64,000 bases of DNA. Source: an uncultured Methanosarcinales archaeon. Its GTDB lineage: Archaea; Nanobdellota; Nanobdellia; Woesearchaeales; DSVV01. Position 1 is the first letter of the stretch; each line of letters begins with the position of its first letter. Shown in pieces: positions 36,165-46,402 of the stretch. The stretch lies in contig CAZKVI010000002.1 in NCBI GenBank assembly GCA_964556185.1, positions 9,930 through 73,929 on the forward strand. Reading direction: 5' to 3'. The position numbers and the translations under genes are program-made. The notes beneath the pieces are model-generated. The model was not told the DNA's origin. It ran no database searches and saw nothing but the letters and a program-made list of their open reading frames with translations.

Positions 36165-37213
36165 ACACCTTTTATTTCTTTATTACATTTTAAGCATTTT
36201 CCATCTTTAAAGTTTTCGATACTTGTAAGATAAACATGTCTATTTATCAATAATGTATTACATTCTGGACAATAAGTGCCAGAGTGTTCTTCGTCGACAA
36301 CATTACCAACATAAACATACTTTAAGCCAGCTTTTTTACCAATTTCATAAGCTTTTAGTAGTGTTGCATGTGTTGTTTCTGGAACATCATCCATTTTATA
36401 TGTTGGATAAAAAGCAGAAACATGCCAAGGTATGTTTTTATCTATATTTGCAATAAATTCAGCTATTTGTTTTAATTCTTTATCTGAATCATTATGATTA
36501 GGAATAATTAATGTAGTTATTTCAACCCATATTCCTAATTCATAAGCTTTTTTTATTGTTTCTAAGACTGGTTTAAGAGATGCTTTACAGATTTTCTTGT
36601 AAAAGTCTTCTGAAAATGATTTTAAATCAAAATTTATTGCATCAATACAATCTTTTAACATTTCAAGACATTCATCTGTTTCATAAGCATTACTAACCAT
36701 AACATTTTTTATTCCTTTTTTCTTAGCAAGTTTTGCAGTATCATGTAAATATTCAAAAAATATTGTTGGTTCATTATAAGTATAAGCAATACTTTTGATT
36801 CCTTGTTCTACACAAATATTAACAATCTTTTCTGGTGATAATTCATAACCAAATTTTCCAACTTCAACTTCTATTAATTCTGGTTTGTTTTCTTTCAATA
36901 GTTTTGTCTTTAAATCTTTAGTAATTTGAGAAATATCCCAATTCTGGCAAAAAGTGCATGAGAAATTGCAACCAACTGTTCCAATAGAAAAAATATCAGT
37001 ACTTGGCAAGAAATGAAACAAAGGTTTTTTCTCAATAGGATCAACATTCGCAGAAACAGCTTTACCATAGACTATGAGATAGAGTTTACCTTCTTTGTTT
37101 AGTCTTACTCCACAAATACCTGTTTGATTGTTGGAAATTGTACAATTTTGCTTACATGCTGTGCATTTGACTTTATTATCTTTTAATTTTTCATATAATA
37201 CACATTCTTTCAT
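36155..37213 (-). CDS. radical SAM enzyme (AmmeMemoRadiSam system radical SAM, PFL-activase-like)
   Basis: Radical-SAM cluster 'GCNFSCTFCQNW' plus an N-terminal Cys-rich segment. Adjacent to and overlapping the MEMO1 and AMMECR1 genes. Confidence 0.7.
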   Translation of the reverse strand: MKECVLYEKLKDNKVKCTACKQNCTISNNQTGICGVRLNKEGKLYLIVYGKAVSANVDPIEKKPLFHFLPSTDIFSIGTVGCNFSCTFCQNWDISQITKDLKTKLLKENKPELIEVEVGKFGYELSPEKIVNICVEQGIKSIAYTYNEPTIFFEYLHDTAKLAKKKGIKNVMVSNAYETDECLEMLKDCIDAINFDLKSFSEDFYKKICKASLKPVLETIKKAYELGIWVEITTLIIPNHNDSDKELKQIAEFIANIDKNIPWHVSAFYPTYKMDDVPETTHATLLKAYEIGKKAGLKYVYVGNVVDEEHSGTYCPECNTLLINRHVYLTSIENFKDGKCLKCNKEIKGVWK

Positions 37214-37245
37214 GAGAAATTACTAGATTGGGAAGTTTAAATAGG

Positions 37246-38349
37246 TTATCCTTCCATTACCATATACATATCATAAATCTCAGGCAGGGTTTTCCATTCT
37301 ACTTCTCCAGAATCAATATAAGGTTGTATTTGTGTAAAGAAATAGTCAAATACTTCTTCATTGAGTATTGGATCACCTATGCTCCAAGCTACATAATATA
37401 TATTTAATTCATCTTGTTCAGTATTTGCTATGATTTCTTGTAAGTTTTCAATATAAACATCAACATCTTCATTTGTAAAATATGATTTTCCACCAGGTAA
37501 TGTTTGTTGATTCTTTAATGCCATTTCTTCTTGAGTTGTAGGTCCAAAACCTTTTATTATATTATTTGCTGGTAATATTACAAGTTGTCCATTAGGATCA
37601 TGATTTATCCAATTTAATCCAGAATCCATTTTCCAAGGATGTGATCTTTCTAATAAATCTGAAGGAAATGCATCATGGCATTTTACTGGGTTTTCACAAT
37701 CTTTGAATTCTTCTGGTCTATCTTCATAAGGCATTGATACAACACAATAAGCAACATTTCCTGTTGTGAATGAATAACCAGCATCTATTGCAGCTGTTAC
37801 CCAATCTAGATCTGAACATGTACCAGAAACATGTCTTACTTCATGACCAATTAAGTTTTCCATATTATTTTTCATTTGTGTAATTTCATGAATCATTTGT
37901 TCTTGAGAATATCCTAATTCAATTGCTCGTCCACCGACGTCTGCATGCACACCAATACCATGGCCTCTATTGTATAATTCTAATAAAACATTATCATTCC
38001 AATTACTACATCCAGAAACAAACTCTGGTTTTGCTTCAAAAGTTATTTTTGCATTATTTTCTTCAAAAATTGTAGCTATTTGTCTAGCAGCAATAGCATG
38101 ATCTTCGAATTGATCTTGATTAGTGTCTTCAGTTGTCCAACCTTCTAGATGTAACATAAATCCAAGATAAACAACACCTGGAGTATTTTGTATTGGTGGA
38201 ATACAATCTGTTCTACAAGTACCAAGTTGTAATTCAGCAGAATCACAAACACCATCTCCACAATTTTCTTTTGGATCTTCTTCACAACTAGAAGTAAATA
38301 ACACAATTAATAATAAAATTGTTAATAGTATTTTTTTATTCATTTTCAA
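37246..38349 (-). CDS. secreted Cys-rich lipoprotein, hydrolase-like, function unknown
   Basis: Signal + lipobox 'LFTSSC'. N-terminal 'CGDGVCDSAELQLGTCRTDC' module shared with the next gene. Overlaps the next gene, suggesting an operon. Confidence 0.4.
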   Translation of the reverse strand: MKMNKKILLTILLLIVLFTSSCEEDPKENCGDGVCDSAELQLGTCRTDCIPPIQNTPGVVYLGFMLHLEGWTTEDTNQDQFEDHAIAARQIATIFEENNAKITFEAKPEFVSGCSNWNDNVLLELYNRGHGIGVHADVGGRAIELGYSQEQMIHEITQMKNNMENLIGHEVRHVSGTCSDLDWVTAAIDAGYSFTTGNVAYCVVSMPYEDRPEEFKDCENPVKCHDAFPSDLLERSHPWKMDSGLNWINHDPNGQLVILPANNIIKGFGPTTQEEMALKNQQTLPGGKSYFTNEDVDVYIENLQEIIANTEQDELNIYYVAWSIGDPILNEEVFDYFFTQIQPYIDSGEVEWKTLPEIYDMYMVMEG

Positions 38350-40942
38350 TTATCACAGTTATTCTATTGCCTATTGCATATGCTTTTATTATATAAAAGT
38401 TATCAATTTCTTCTTTAGAAATAAGTCTTCCATTACTTACATATACCTCTTTGATATTCCAATTTCCTTTTTCAAAGGCAATTGTTACTTCACCAGAAGC
38501 ACTATACAATCCAACTGCAAACATATTATCTTCAAAAGCAGTATCTGCAATGTTTGCACCATTAACAGCAATAATTTGTGGATTATTTGAACTTTCTACA
38601 ATGCTTAAGAACATTGGTGAATTTTCTTCTAAACTATGGCCAGAGGGTTGCATTGTAAACCAATCAAATGCATCAATATCTATAGAAGTTGTTTCTGGAG
38701 AAAATAAATATCTATAATTGTTTCCAAATGATTCAACACCTTCAAATTCTTCTCCAGCTTCAAAGAATTCCCATAATGTTGTTTGGAATTCTGAAACTAA
38801 GTCTTCATCACTAGTTAATCTTGGAAACCAGAAAACAGTTTTATCTTTGTAACCAACAGTTGGAATAAAGTCAACATCTAAATGACCAATTGCAAAATAA
38901 TTACCCATTTCAAACTCAGGAATATAAAATAAGTTCTCAGTGTCAAAAGTTCCTTGTAAAGTACCTTCTAGAGGAGAATCTTCTGAAGTAACTGACCAAG
39001 ATGAAACCTGGCCTGTAAAATCTGTTACAGAAGAAACATCTAATAATATTTCTAATGCAGTTGTATCATAATTTCCATAAGTATCATAAACACCTGTTCT
39101 TCCACCAATAAATAATCCATTTCCATTATCTCTATAATCAGAAAGTTCTTGTGCTATTTCTGTATCTAATCTTGTTAAATGCAATAATAAGATTGCTTTG
39201 TAATCATTTAGAATATCTGGATTATCTTTTATGTCTTTTGTTGTAATCATATCAAAATCTAATCCATTTTCATAAAGAGATTCTAACCAACCAACTCTAT
39301 CAAGTGTTTTAGAATCTAAACCAACTTTACCAGGTTTTCTATAATAAAAATTATCTGCTTCTTGATCAAATAAAATTGCAATATCTGGTTTCGGTGATTT
39401 TAAATTTATTGCAGTGTAGAATGCATTAACTTTTTGTAATTCATTAATTTCATTTTCAGACCAAGCAGGAATATCTTCTCTATCTGGTCCAATAACCCAA
39501 CCAGAACCACCACCAAGGCTTGCAATAAGACTAGAGATACTATCTAATCTCCAAATACTATCTTGATTACCACATTGTGAATTCATTTCTGCAGTATCTT
39601 CATTTATCCATGTTGTAAGTTTGTTATGTCTATTTGCATAAGTTATAACATCATAAAAACTATATCTATTTGTGTTGAAACTACTTCTTTTATCATCACA
39701 AGAAACTCTTGGATGCAAAACAAGCCCGTCGACAAATTGTGATTTGTACATTTCTTCTGCATTTGTTTTTCCACTGCGTACAGATGATGTTGCAGTTCTT
39801 CCTGGTGCAAAAGCAGGTCCTGTTAGAATTATGTGATTAGGATCTAAGTTATCTACAAGTTCTGCAAAATGATTAAAATCAGCCATTTTTTCTTCTAATC
39901 TAAAAGTTTGCCAATCATAAAATTGCATTCTTGTATCGCCTGCAGAATTTGCATGCTCAATTAATTCATCAATATTATCTTCGACACTTTCTAATGGAAT
40001 TGGCATTTCGGCTGTGTCTAAAGTTACTTTATCATTATCCCATGCACTTTGTAATTCAGAATTACTGGTGTATTTATTTTCTAACCATGAATGCCATCTT
40101 TGTACTGCAAAATCAGAATAATCACACCAAGTACTTGGAGCAGTTGTTCCATCTAAAACAGATTGAATATAACTTGGACCATAATTATTTTCAGTTGTTG
40201 AACCAACTCTAACATCCCAGGCTAAAACAGCAGGATGATCTTTGTATTTGTTAACAATTTCTGTTATAATTATATCTTTTACATCCCACCAATCTTCATT
40301 ATGAAAAGATACAGTGTTATCTATAATACAATTTTCATTATTAAGGTAACAATTATAATCTTCTTGTAATGTTCCAGAATTAGATTCTGACCAATCTCTT
40401 GTTGGATTAGATGTTGGTAATAAAAAGATTATATAAACTCCTTGCTCAGCTGCGTAATCTAAAAGATTATCCATTTTCTCAAAATTACTACCTTGGATAT
40501 TAGATCCAATTTGTAAATAAGTTAAGCCAGCATTATTTACACTATCAATATATTCTTTATAATGATCTAGCCAATCATCATCTTCATAATTAGGACAACC
40601 CATTTGACAATATACATTTAATCCTGTAAAAGGTATAACTTTGTTGTTGACAACTAATTTTGGTGTTTCATCAATGATTTCTACTTTAGATTCTTGTATT
40701 GTGTTTTCGCAATCTTCAGGACAAGTTAGTAATGTTTCTCTAGGTCTACACACAGTATCTCCACAATCTTGCCATAGGTCTATTGGCGCTTCTGTCACAG
40801 TTTCTTCTGAATATGTTTCGCAATCTTCTGGGCATTTATCAATTTCAACAGGATCACATATATTATCTCCACATTTATCATCAGAATTCTCACACGCAGT
40901 AAGTAATAAGATTAATAGTAAGATAATTGATAGTTTTTTCAT
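38336..40942 (-). CDS. secreted multi-domain glycoside hydrolase (GH42/GH5-like TIM barrel + trimerisation-like domain)
   Basis: Lipobox 'LLTAC'. Two 'CGDxxCxP...CPEDCE' modules. 'GLNVYCQMGCPNYEDDDWLDHYKEYIDSVNNAGLTYLQIG...GVYIIFLL' looks like a TIM-barrel GH. 'PDIAILFDQEADNFYY' resembles the GH42 middle domain. Confidence 0.5.
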   Translation of the reverse strand: MKKLSIILLLILLLTACENSDDKCGDNICDPVEIDKCPEDCETYSEETVTEAPIDLWQDCGDTVCRPRETLLTCPEDCENTIQESKVEIIDETPKLVVNNKVIPFTGLNVYCQMGCPNYEDDDWLDHYKEYIDSVNNAGLTYLQIGSNIQGSNFEKMDNLLDYAAEQGVYIIFLLPTSNPTRDWSESNSGTLQEDYNCYLNNENCIIDNTVSFHNEDWWDVKDIIITEIVNKYKDHPAVLAWDVRVGSTTENNYGPSYIQSVLDGTTAPSTWCDYSDFAVQRWHSWLENKYTSNSELQSAWDNDKVTLDTAEMPIPLESVEDNIDELIEHANSAGDTRMQFYDWQTFRLEEKMADFNHFAELVDNLDPNHIILTGPAFAPGRTATSSVRSGKTNAEEMYKSQFVDGLVLHPRVSCDDKRSSFNTNRYSFYDVITYANRHNKLTTWINEDTAEMNSQCGNQDSIWRLDSISSLIASLGGGSGWVIGPDREDIPAWSENEINELQKVNAFYTAINLKSPKPDIAILFDQEADNFYYRKPGKVGLDSKTLDRVGWLESLYENGLDFDMITTKDIKDNPDILNDYKAILLLHLTRLDTEIAQELSDYRDNGNGLFIGGRTGVYDTYGNYDTTALEILLDVSSVTDFTGQVSSWSVTSEDSPLEGTLQGTFDTENLFYIPEFEMGNYFAIGHLDVDFIPTVGYKDKTVFWFPRLTSDEDLVSEFQTTLWEFFEAGEEFEGVESFGNNYRYLFSPETTSIDIDAFDWFTMQPSGHSLEENSPMFLSIVESSNNPQIIAVNGANIADTAFEDNMFAVGLYSASGEVTIAFEKGNWNIKEVYVSNGRLISKEEIDNFYIIKAYAIGNRITVIIENE

Positions 40943-41286
40943 TTTTTATACCTCTTTATTAATAATCCAATTATTGAACCAATTAAGAAATACAAAATAA
41001 AACTTGTTGATATGTATATGAATGTATTTATTGTGAAATTTCCAATTAAAAATGATAATGGAAATACTAATATTAATGTAGGTAAAAATAAGACAATACT
41101 TAATGGATTATTATGAATTCCAAAACATCCAATTAGTGATTCACCACAAGAACCAGAGCCTGCTGAACATGGAGGAACAAAACATTTGCCATTTTCTGTT
41201 ATTGCTTCAAAGATTCCACCTAATGAGAAAATGATTAAAATAACTATTGGTAAGCTTATTCCTGTTATTAGCCAGAGTTTATTCAT
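40939..41286 (-). CDS. small Cys-rich membrane protein
   Basis: 115 aa with two TM segments and a 'CFVPPCSAGSGSCGES' loop. Confidence 0.3.
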   Translation of the reverse strand: MNKLWLITGISLPIVILIIFSLGGIFEAITENGKCFVPPCSAGSGSCGESLIGCFGIHNNPLSIVLFLPTLILVFPLSFLIGNFTINTFIYISTSFILYFLIGSIIGLLIKRYKK

Positions 41287-41337
41287 ATTGAATTCCTGGT
41301 AATGTATATTTATATATTTTTATAATATTAATGTTAA

Positions 41338-41718
41338 TTAAGGTGTTGAAGAAATAGTTGTATCTACTTTTGCACAGATTGCATAAACTGAAAAATCTCC
41401 TGATATCATGTTTCCACTACTTACCCAAGCATCCCAACCATACCAATCATTTTCGAAAACAGGTCCATTTTCCAATAAACTTGTTGTAACACCAACATCA
41501 CCAAATCCTCCACCAAGAACTCTTTTTCCATATGGGCAATAAACTTTGCAATATCCAGACCCAGCTGATTTAGTTTTCATATCATAAGCAGTAACAGCAC
41601 AGGTCTTTCCTACCATTTGCCAACCAGTTATAAACTTATCAGTTCCCATTGCAGCAGTTATTACCTTCTGAATCAGTCGCTCCATCTGCTGGGCAATCAT
41701 ATGGAAAATCTTCATCAA
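41338..41718 (-). other. ORF overlapping the 3' end of the metalloprotease gene in another frame; possible frameshifted C-terminal extension or separate small Cys-containing protein
   Basis: 80-nt overlap with 41639-43789 in a different frame. G-rich, Cys-containing peptide. Confidence 0.25.
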
Positions 41719-43789
41719 TATAATTTACGTCAGTACCGCCCCTGTAATTTTCACCACCATCATTACATTTATTGTCTGCACTTCCAGCCGGGTTGCTACA
41801 GTATTGGTCTTTAAGGCCATAAATATGTCCAAGTTCATGTGCTAGGATCATATTTGATCCTTCTTCTAACCAAAGAGTATCAACACCATTGCTGTATCCT
41901 ACAAAAGATCTACAAGGTGAGTTTTCAGTTATTCCAACAATAGCAGTGTATTGGTTAATGTCAATACCAATTCCTCGAACAAAATTCTTTAAACCATTTA
42001 ATCCCATGCTTCTAGCATCACAACTAAATCCTCTATAATTACTTAGTCCACCAGTATCCAAGAAAACTGATTGTACATCATAATTACATTGTGACATTCC
42101 TGTTGCATTAATGAAAAAGTTAGCTTGGTCAATTGCTTCTTGACGAAATGCTGCATTTCCTTGTGTCCAATTCAATGGTACAAAAAGTAATCTAATTTTA
42201 GGTAGTCTTATTGTAAAGCTTCCTTCTTCAGTCCATGATTCACTTCCTAAGTTATCTGTTGCTTTTGCTTTATAAGTATAAACATCATTTGCATTAAATG
42301 GTCCAGATAAGTTGTAAAAGCATGGTTCTTCATCACAATCTTGGACTTTCTCGTCATTTATGTAGATTTCAATATTATTTATGCCATTTTCATCTTCTGC
42401 TTCTGAAACAAAATGAATTGCAGTCATTGTGGTTACAGGAGGCTGCCAATAATTAAGATTTACCCATGGGGGAGTATCTTCACCAACCTCTATCATAACA
42501 CTATGTTCATCTGTACCAATATTTCCTGCTCTGTCTTCTGCATTGGCTGAGAATTCAATTTCTGTACCACCTTGATCTTCATATGGGCCACCTGTGTAAT
42601 AGCATACTGTGCTATCGTAGCATGTTTCAACAAGGTCAGCACCTTCATAGACTTCTATTTTTTCAATAATATGTCTGTTGTCTCTTGCTCTTGCAGTAAT
42701 ACTTACAAAATCTCTTCTGCCTGGTTCATCTGGTTCATGAGAAATTTCAATTGTTGGTGCTTCTTCATCTTCTCCTATGATTTCAATAAAATTAACACTT
42801 ACACTACCAGTATCATCTGTGTTATCACGAGCAGTTGCATAGTATTCTAAAAATCCTTCAGGATATGGTCCTCCTGTATAAACACATGGTGAACTATCAC
42901 ATTCCTCAACTCTTGTAGAATTCACATACATTCGTATAAATTGTATGCCACTAACATCTGTTGCTGATGCTGTGAAAGTAACTATGTCATCAGGTGTTAC
43001 ATTCTCAGGAGAATATGTCATATTAACAACTGGTTCAATATCATCATCTACATATCCAATCTCAATATATTCATAGTCTGAATCCCCTCTATTCTCAAGA
43101 GTATCCCATACAGCTACTTTATAATTAATTTCTTGACCTTCAAAATCTGTATAAGGACCACCAATATACTCACAATTATCGTCTTCACAACCTTCCATGA
43201 ACTCATTGTTGACAAATATTTGAATTCTAGCTACTCCACTTGGATCAGATGCCCTAACTGTGAAAGTAATTTCGTCTTCACTAGTTGGATTAGGAGGCAT
43301 TGCATCTATAATCATTGATGGTGGATCAGTGTCATCTAATTCTCCAACTAATACTTCACATGAGTGCCAATCATCTGGTCCACTACCGAAATTTGATTCA
43401 AATCCAGGCCAGATTTCCCATACTCCTTCTTGATCTAGGGTTACACTAGGTGCAGGTACCATACTCATGCCTGGCCAGAGTTCATAGTTTTCATATTCAC
43501 TTCCTATTTCTACAAGACTTCCATCTGGTTTTCTAGCGACAACAAAGAAACCTTTGTCAGTCATTGTTATATTATCAGTTGGATGAATATTCATTACCAT
43601 AAAATTGACAGTTAGAAAATCACTTAATTCTATCTCATCGTTTGGTCCGTTTAAGTAGACATAGAAGTCAGTAAGTTCTATATAATTTGAATCATCTGGT
43701 CCTGCATAATGACAAAGCTCTAACCATGCATAGATACTTGGTAAAATAATAAACATTCCAATAATTAGAATTGATATTGTTTTTTTCAT
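41639..43789 (-). CDS. secreted zinc metalloprotease (HExxHxxGxxD, snapalysin-like) with four tandem ~95-aa Ig-like repeats
   Basis: Signal peptide. Four repeats share '...D(V/P)SG(I/V)...(I/M)(F/Y)(V/I)N...V..C.(S/D)(S/E).C.Y.GGPY...A.A.D..GN'. C-terminal 'AHELGHIYGLKD' zinc site plus a Cys-rich tail. Confidence 0.55.
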   Translation of the reverse strand: MKKTISILIIGMFIILPSIYAWLELCHYAGPDDSNYIELTDFYVYLNGPNDEIELSDFLTVNFMVMNIHPTDNITMTDKGFFVVARKPDGSLVEIGSEYENYELWPGMSMVPAPSVTLDQEGVWEIWPGFESNFGSGPDDWHSCEVLVGELDDTDPPSMIIDAMPPNPTSEDEITFTVRASDPSGVARIQIFVNNEFMEGCEDDNCEYIGGPYTDFEGQEINYKVAVWDTLENRGDSDYEYIEIGYVDDDIEPVVNMTYSPENVTPDDIVTFTASATDVSGIQFIRMYVNSTRVEECDSSPCVYTGGPYPEGFLEYYATARDNTDDTGSVSVNFIEIIGEDEEAPTIEISHEPDEPGRRDFVSITARARDNRHIIEKIEVYEGADLVETCYDSTVCYYTGGPYEDQGGTEIEFSANAEDRAGNIGTDEHSVMIEVGEDTPPWVNLNYWQPPVTTMTAIHFVSEAEDENGINNIEIYINDEKVQDCDEEPCFYNLSGPFNANDVYTYKAKATDNLGSESWTEEGSFTIRLPKIRLLFVPLNWTQGNAAFRQEAIDQANFFINATGMSQCNYDVQSVFLDTGGLSNYRGFSCDARSMGLNGLKNFVRGIGIDINQYTAIVGITENSPCRSFVGYSNGVDTLWLEEGSNMILAHELGHIYGLKDQYCSNPAGSADNKCNDGGENYRGGTDVNYIDEDFPYDCPADGATDSEGNNCCNGN

Positions 43790-43863
43790 AATAAATGCCT
43801 TTGTTATCCTAAGCGTGCATATAATATAAAAACATTACTAATCATTCTAGAGTTGTATAATTA

Positions 43864-44256
43864 TTATATTAAACCTTTCAATAATTTCTTGAAATATTGT
43901 TTTTTTGGTATAAACATAGATTCATAATAATGTTTTATTGGAGCACTCTCAGGAGAATATTCATAATGTGCTCTTATTTCATTGTCTTTGAATAGTCTTA
44001 TATGGTATTGGAATTTGTTGATTCTTTTTCTCATGCTTAAGACTTCGTCGTCATCAATCCAAGATAATATGCTTTGTTCATATCCTTTGGTTTTTAGGAG
44101 TGTTTTAAATTTGTTTTTAGTTATTTTCTTTTTTAAGAAACCAACTTTGTAATTTTGTCTACCTTTGTGTTTTGTAATTCTTATAAATAAACAAAAATCT
44201 CTAAGATAAGGATAACTAAAGTATGCGAATTTCCAAAAGTATTTTTTAATGCCCAT
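43864..44256 (-). CDS. hypothetical basic protein
   Basis: 130-aa ORF overlapping the ZIP gene stop. Confidence 0.3.
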   Translation of the reverse strand: MGIKKYFWKFAYFSYPYLRDFCLFIRITKHKGRQNYKVGFLKKKITKNKFKTLLKTKGYEQSILSWIDDDEVLSMRKRINKFQYHIRLFKDNEIRAHYEYSPESAPIKHYYESMFIPKKQYFKKLLKGLI

Positions 44257-44998
44257 GCATCATACCCAAAAAGAAATAAAAGCCAACAATTGTTAAGATA
44301 AATATTAATGTTTCAATAAAAACTATTTTTCTGTTTGCTTCGTGTTTGTGCATTGCTGGGACAATATCTGTTAATGCAATATATAAAAAACCACCAGCTG
44401 TTATTAAAACTGCGAATGGTGCAATGCCTTCTATTTGATCAAACATAAAATAACCTAATATTCCTCCTAAGACTGCAGATAAAGCTGATACAAAGTTTAA
44501 TAGTAGTGCTTTGTTTTTTGAAAAACCACTATGTAATAATACAGCAAAGTCTCCAAACTCTTGAGGGATTTCGTGTATTGCTACTGTGATAGTAATTACA
44601 ATACCTGTTGTAAAATCTAACATAAAAGCTCCTGCAATTAGTACACCATCTAAGAAATTGTGAACAAAATCTCCTGTTAAGATTAATAATCCTTCTGGTT
44701 TCTCATCACAATGACCATCTTTATCACAATGATGCCAATGTATGAATCTTTCAATTAAGAAGAATAAAATTATACCAATTGCTATGAAAATAATAGATTC
44801 ATTAATATGAATTCCAGATTCTTCAAGTTTTTCTAATGCTTCAGGTATTAAATCAAAGAATGATACTGCAATTAAAGTCCCAGCAGCAAATGAAATGAAA
44901 TAGTGTAGTAGATGTTTGATATGCTTTAATGATACTAATATCCCTACAAAGCTAACTAAACTGATTGCCAAGGTTGCTAGTATTATGTAGAGTAGCAT
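44246..44998 (-). CDS. ZIP-family metal (zinc) transporter
   Basis: 'HNFLDGVLIAGAF' and 'AIHEIPQEFGDFAVLL' are ZIP/ZupT signatures. Multiple TM segments. Confidence 0.75.
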   Translation of the reverse strand: MLLYIILATLAISLVSFVGILVSLKHIKHLLHYFISFAAGTLIAVSFFDLIPEALEKLEESGIHINESIIFIAIGIILFFLIERFIHWHHCDKDGHCDEKPEGLLILTGDFVHNFLDGVLIAGAFMLDFTTGIVITITVAIHEIPQEFGDFAVLLHSGFSKNKALLLNFVSALSAVLGGILGYFMFDQIEGIAPFAVLITAGGFLYIALTDIVPAMHKHEANRKIVFIETLIFILTIVGFYFFLGMMHGH

Positions 44999-45077
44999 GT
45001 AGTATTTTATGGAAGAGGTTATTTAAATATGTTTATATATGGAAATGTTTAAAAATACATAGTAATTACCTTGAGAA

Positions 45078-46025
45078 ATGGGTGCGATTAATCAAGATCT
45101 CTATAGAAAAATTGTAGGTAGACATTTAGATTATCAAAATAGACCTTATACTGGAGATATTGACTTTGATTCTGTTGATTTTGAAGAACTTATAGGAGCA
45201 CTTACTGCTTTTGATAAGTTAGATACTAGTTTAACAGAAGATAATAGAAGAGTAAGTAGACAAAGACAAAGTCTTGAAGATCAATTACAAGGTTTAAGAA
45301 AAAGACAAGAAGATGGTTTTTCTTTTGATTTTGTTGGAACAAGAGCAACTCTTTTGGAATTAGTACAAGGACTTCCTGGTCAAAATGATGGTTATAATGA
45401 TTCTACAATGGATGCATTTGGAAGCATTGACGAGCAAACAAGAATTATAGAAAGAAACTTAGAAGCAAGAAAAGAATATGAATCATTAGCTGGACAAATT
45501 GAAAAAAAAGAACTAGAATTATCTAGATTACCTAAAGTTCAAGGTCAACGTGAGATTGACCAAAGACTTCATGATCAATTAGGTGTTGTTATGCAATATA
45601 TGGGGTTAAGATATGAAGATGCTGGTGTTTTTAGAATTGAAAGTGATCAATTAGATGAATTAAGAAGATTAGGAAATGAATATAAGCCAACAGATTTAAA
45701 AAGAGAAAATAAAGTTATTACAGGAATGAATGCAGTTTTAGAGCAAGCATATGGTGCAGAAGATCATTTAGATTATGTAGAAGGAGAAGCAGCTTATAAT
45801 TTAGCTAAATATATGATAGTTTGTTCAAAACTAGAACCTAAACATGATGGGTTTGCAGGAATTCAAGACACTGCAAGGGCAATAATAGAAAATCATGAAT
45901 TTCTTAATGAGAGGGGTTTTGCTGGTTTGTATGGAAACGGCCCACAGTATGATGGTGATTTAATTAAAAGAGTTAAAGGTAGTGCTATCCAACTTCTAAG
46001 TAAATCAACACAACTTCTTAGTTGA
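45078..46025 (+). CDS. hypothetical protein (R/Q/E-rich)
   Basis: 315-aa ORF with the shared 'aattaccttg' start-proximal motif. Confidence 0.4.
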   Translation: MGAINQDLYRKIVGRHLDYQNRPYTGDIDFDSVDFEELIGALTAFDKLDTSLTEDNRRVSRQRQSLEDQLQGLRKRQEDGFSFDFVGTRATLLELVQGLPGQNDGYNDSTMDAFGSIDEQTRIIERNLEARKEYESLAGQIEKKELELSRLPKVQGQREIDQRLHDQLGVVMQYMGLRYEDAGVFRIESDQLDELRRLGNEYKPTDLKRENKVITGMNAVLEQAYGAEDHLDYVEGEAAYNLAKYMIVCSKLEPKHDGFAGIQDTARAIIENHEFLNERGFAGLYGNGPQYDGDLIKRVKGSAIQLLSKSTQLLS

Positions 46026-46168
46026 AATTCTTAATTTTATCTAGTTAAAATACAAGCATTTAAAAAGAGGTAGTTAATACTTGAGATAATAATCAGACAT
46101 CTTCATGCTTGTCTTGTAATTCAAGTTTGTTTATTTCTGGTTAATAAATTAATGGAGTTGAAGAAATA

Positions 46169-46390
46169 ATGGGAAAAGATTTTAATAATTCAAAACGAGA
46201 ATCATTCGGTGATCGAAAAAGTTTTGGTAATCGTGGTGGTTTTCAATCAAGAGATTCTACACCTAGAGAAATGCATAAAGCTACATGCGCAGATTGTGGT
46301 GAAGAATGTGAAGTTCCTTTTAAACCAAAAGAAGATAGACCTGTTTACTGTAGAGGTTGTTTTGCTAAACATAAACCTAAAAGGTTTTAA
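46169..46390 (+). CDS. CxxC-x17-CxxC zinc-ribbon protein
   Basis: 'CADCGEECEVPFKPKEDRPVYCRGC' has C-x2-C-x17-C-x2-C spacing. Confidence 0.5.
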   Translation: MGKDFNNSKRESFGDRKSFGNRGGFQSRDSTPREMHKATCADCGEECEVPFKPKEDRPVYCRGCFAKHKPKRF

Positions 46391-46402
46391 TTTTGAGGTT
46401 TT

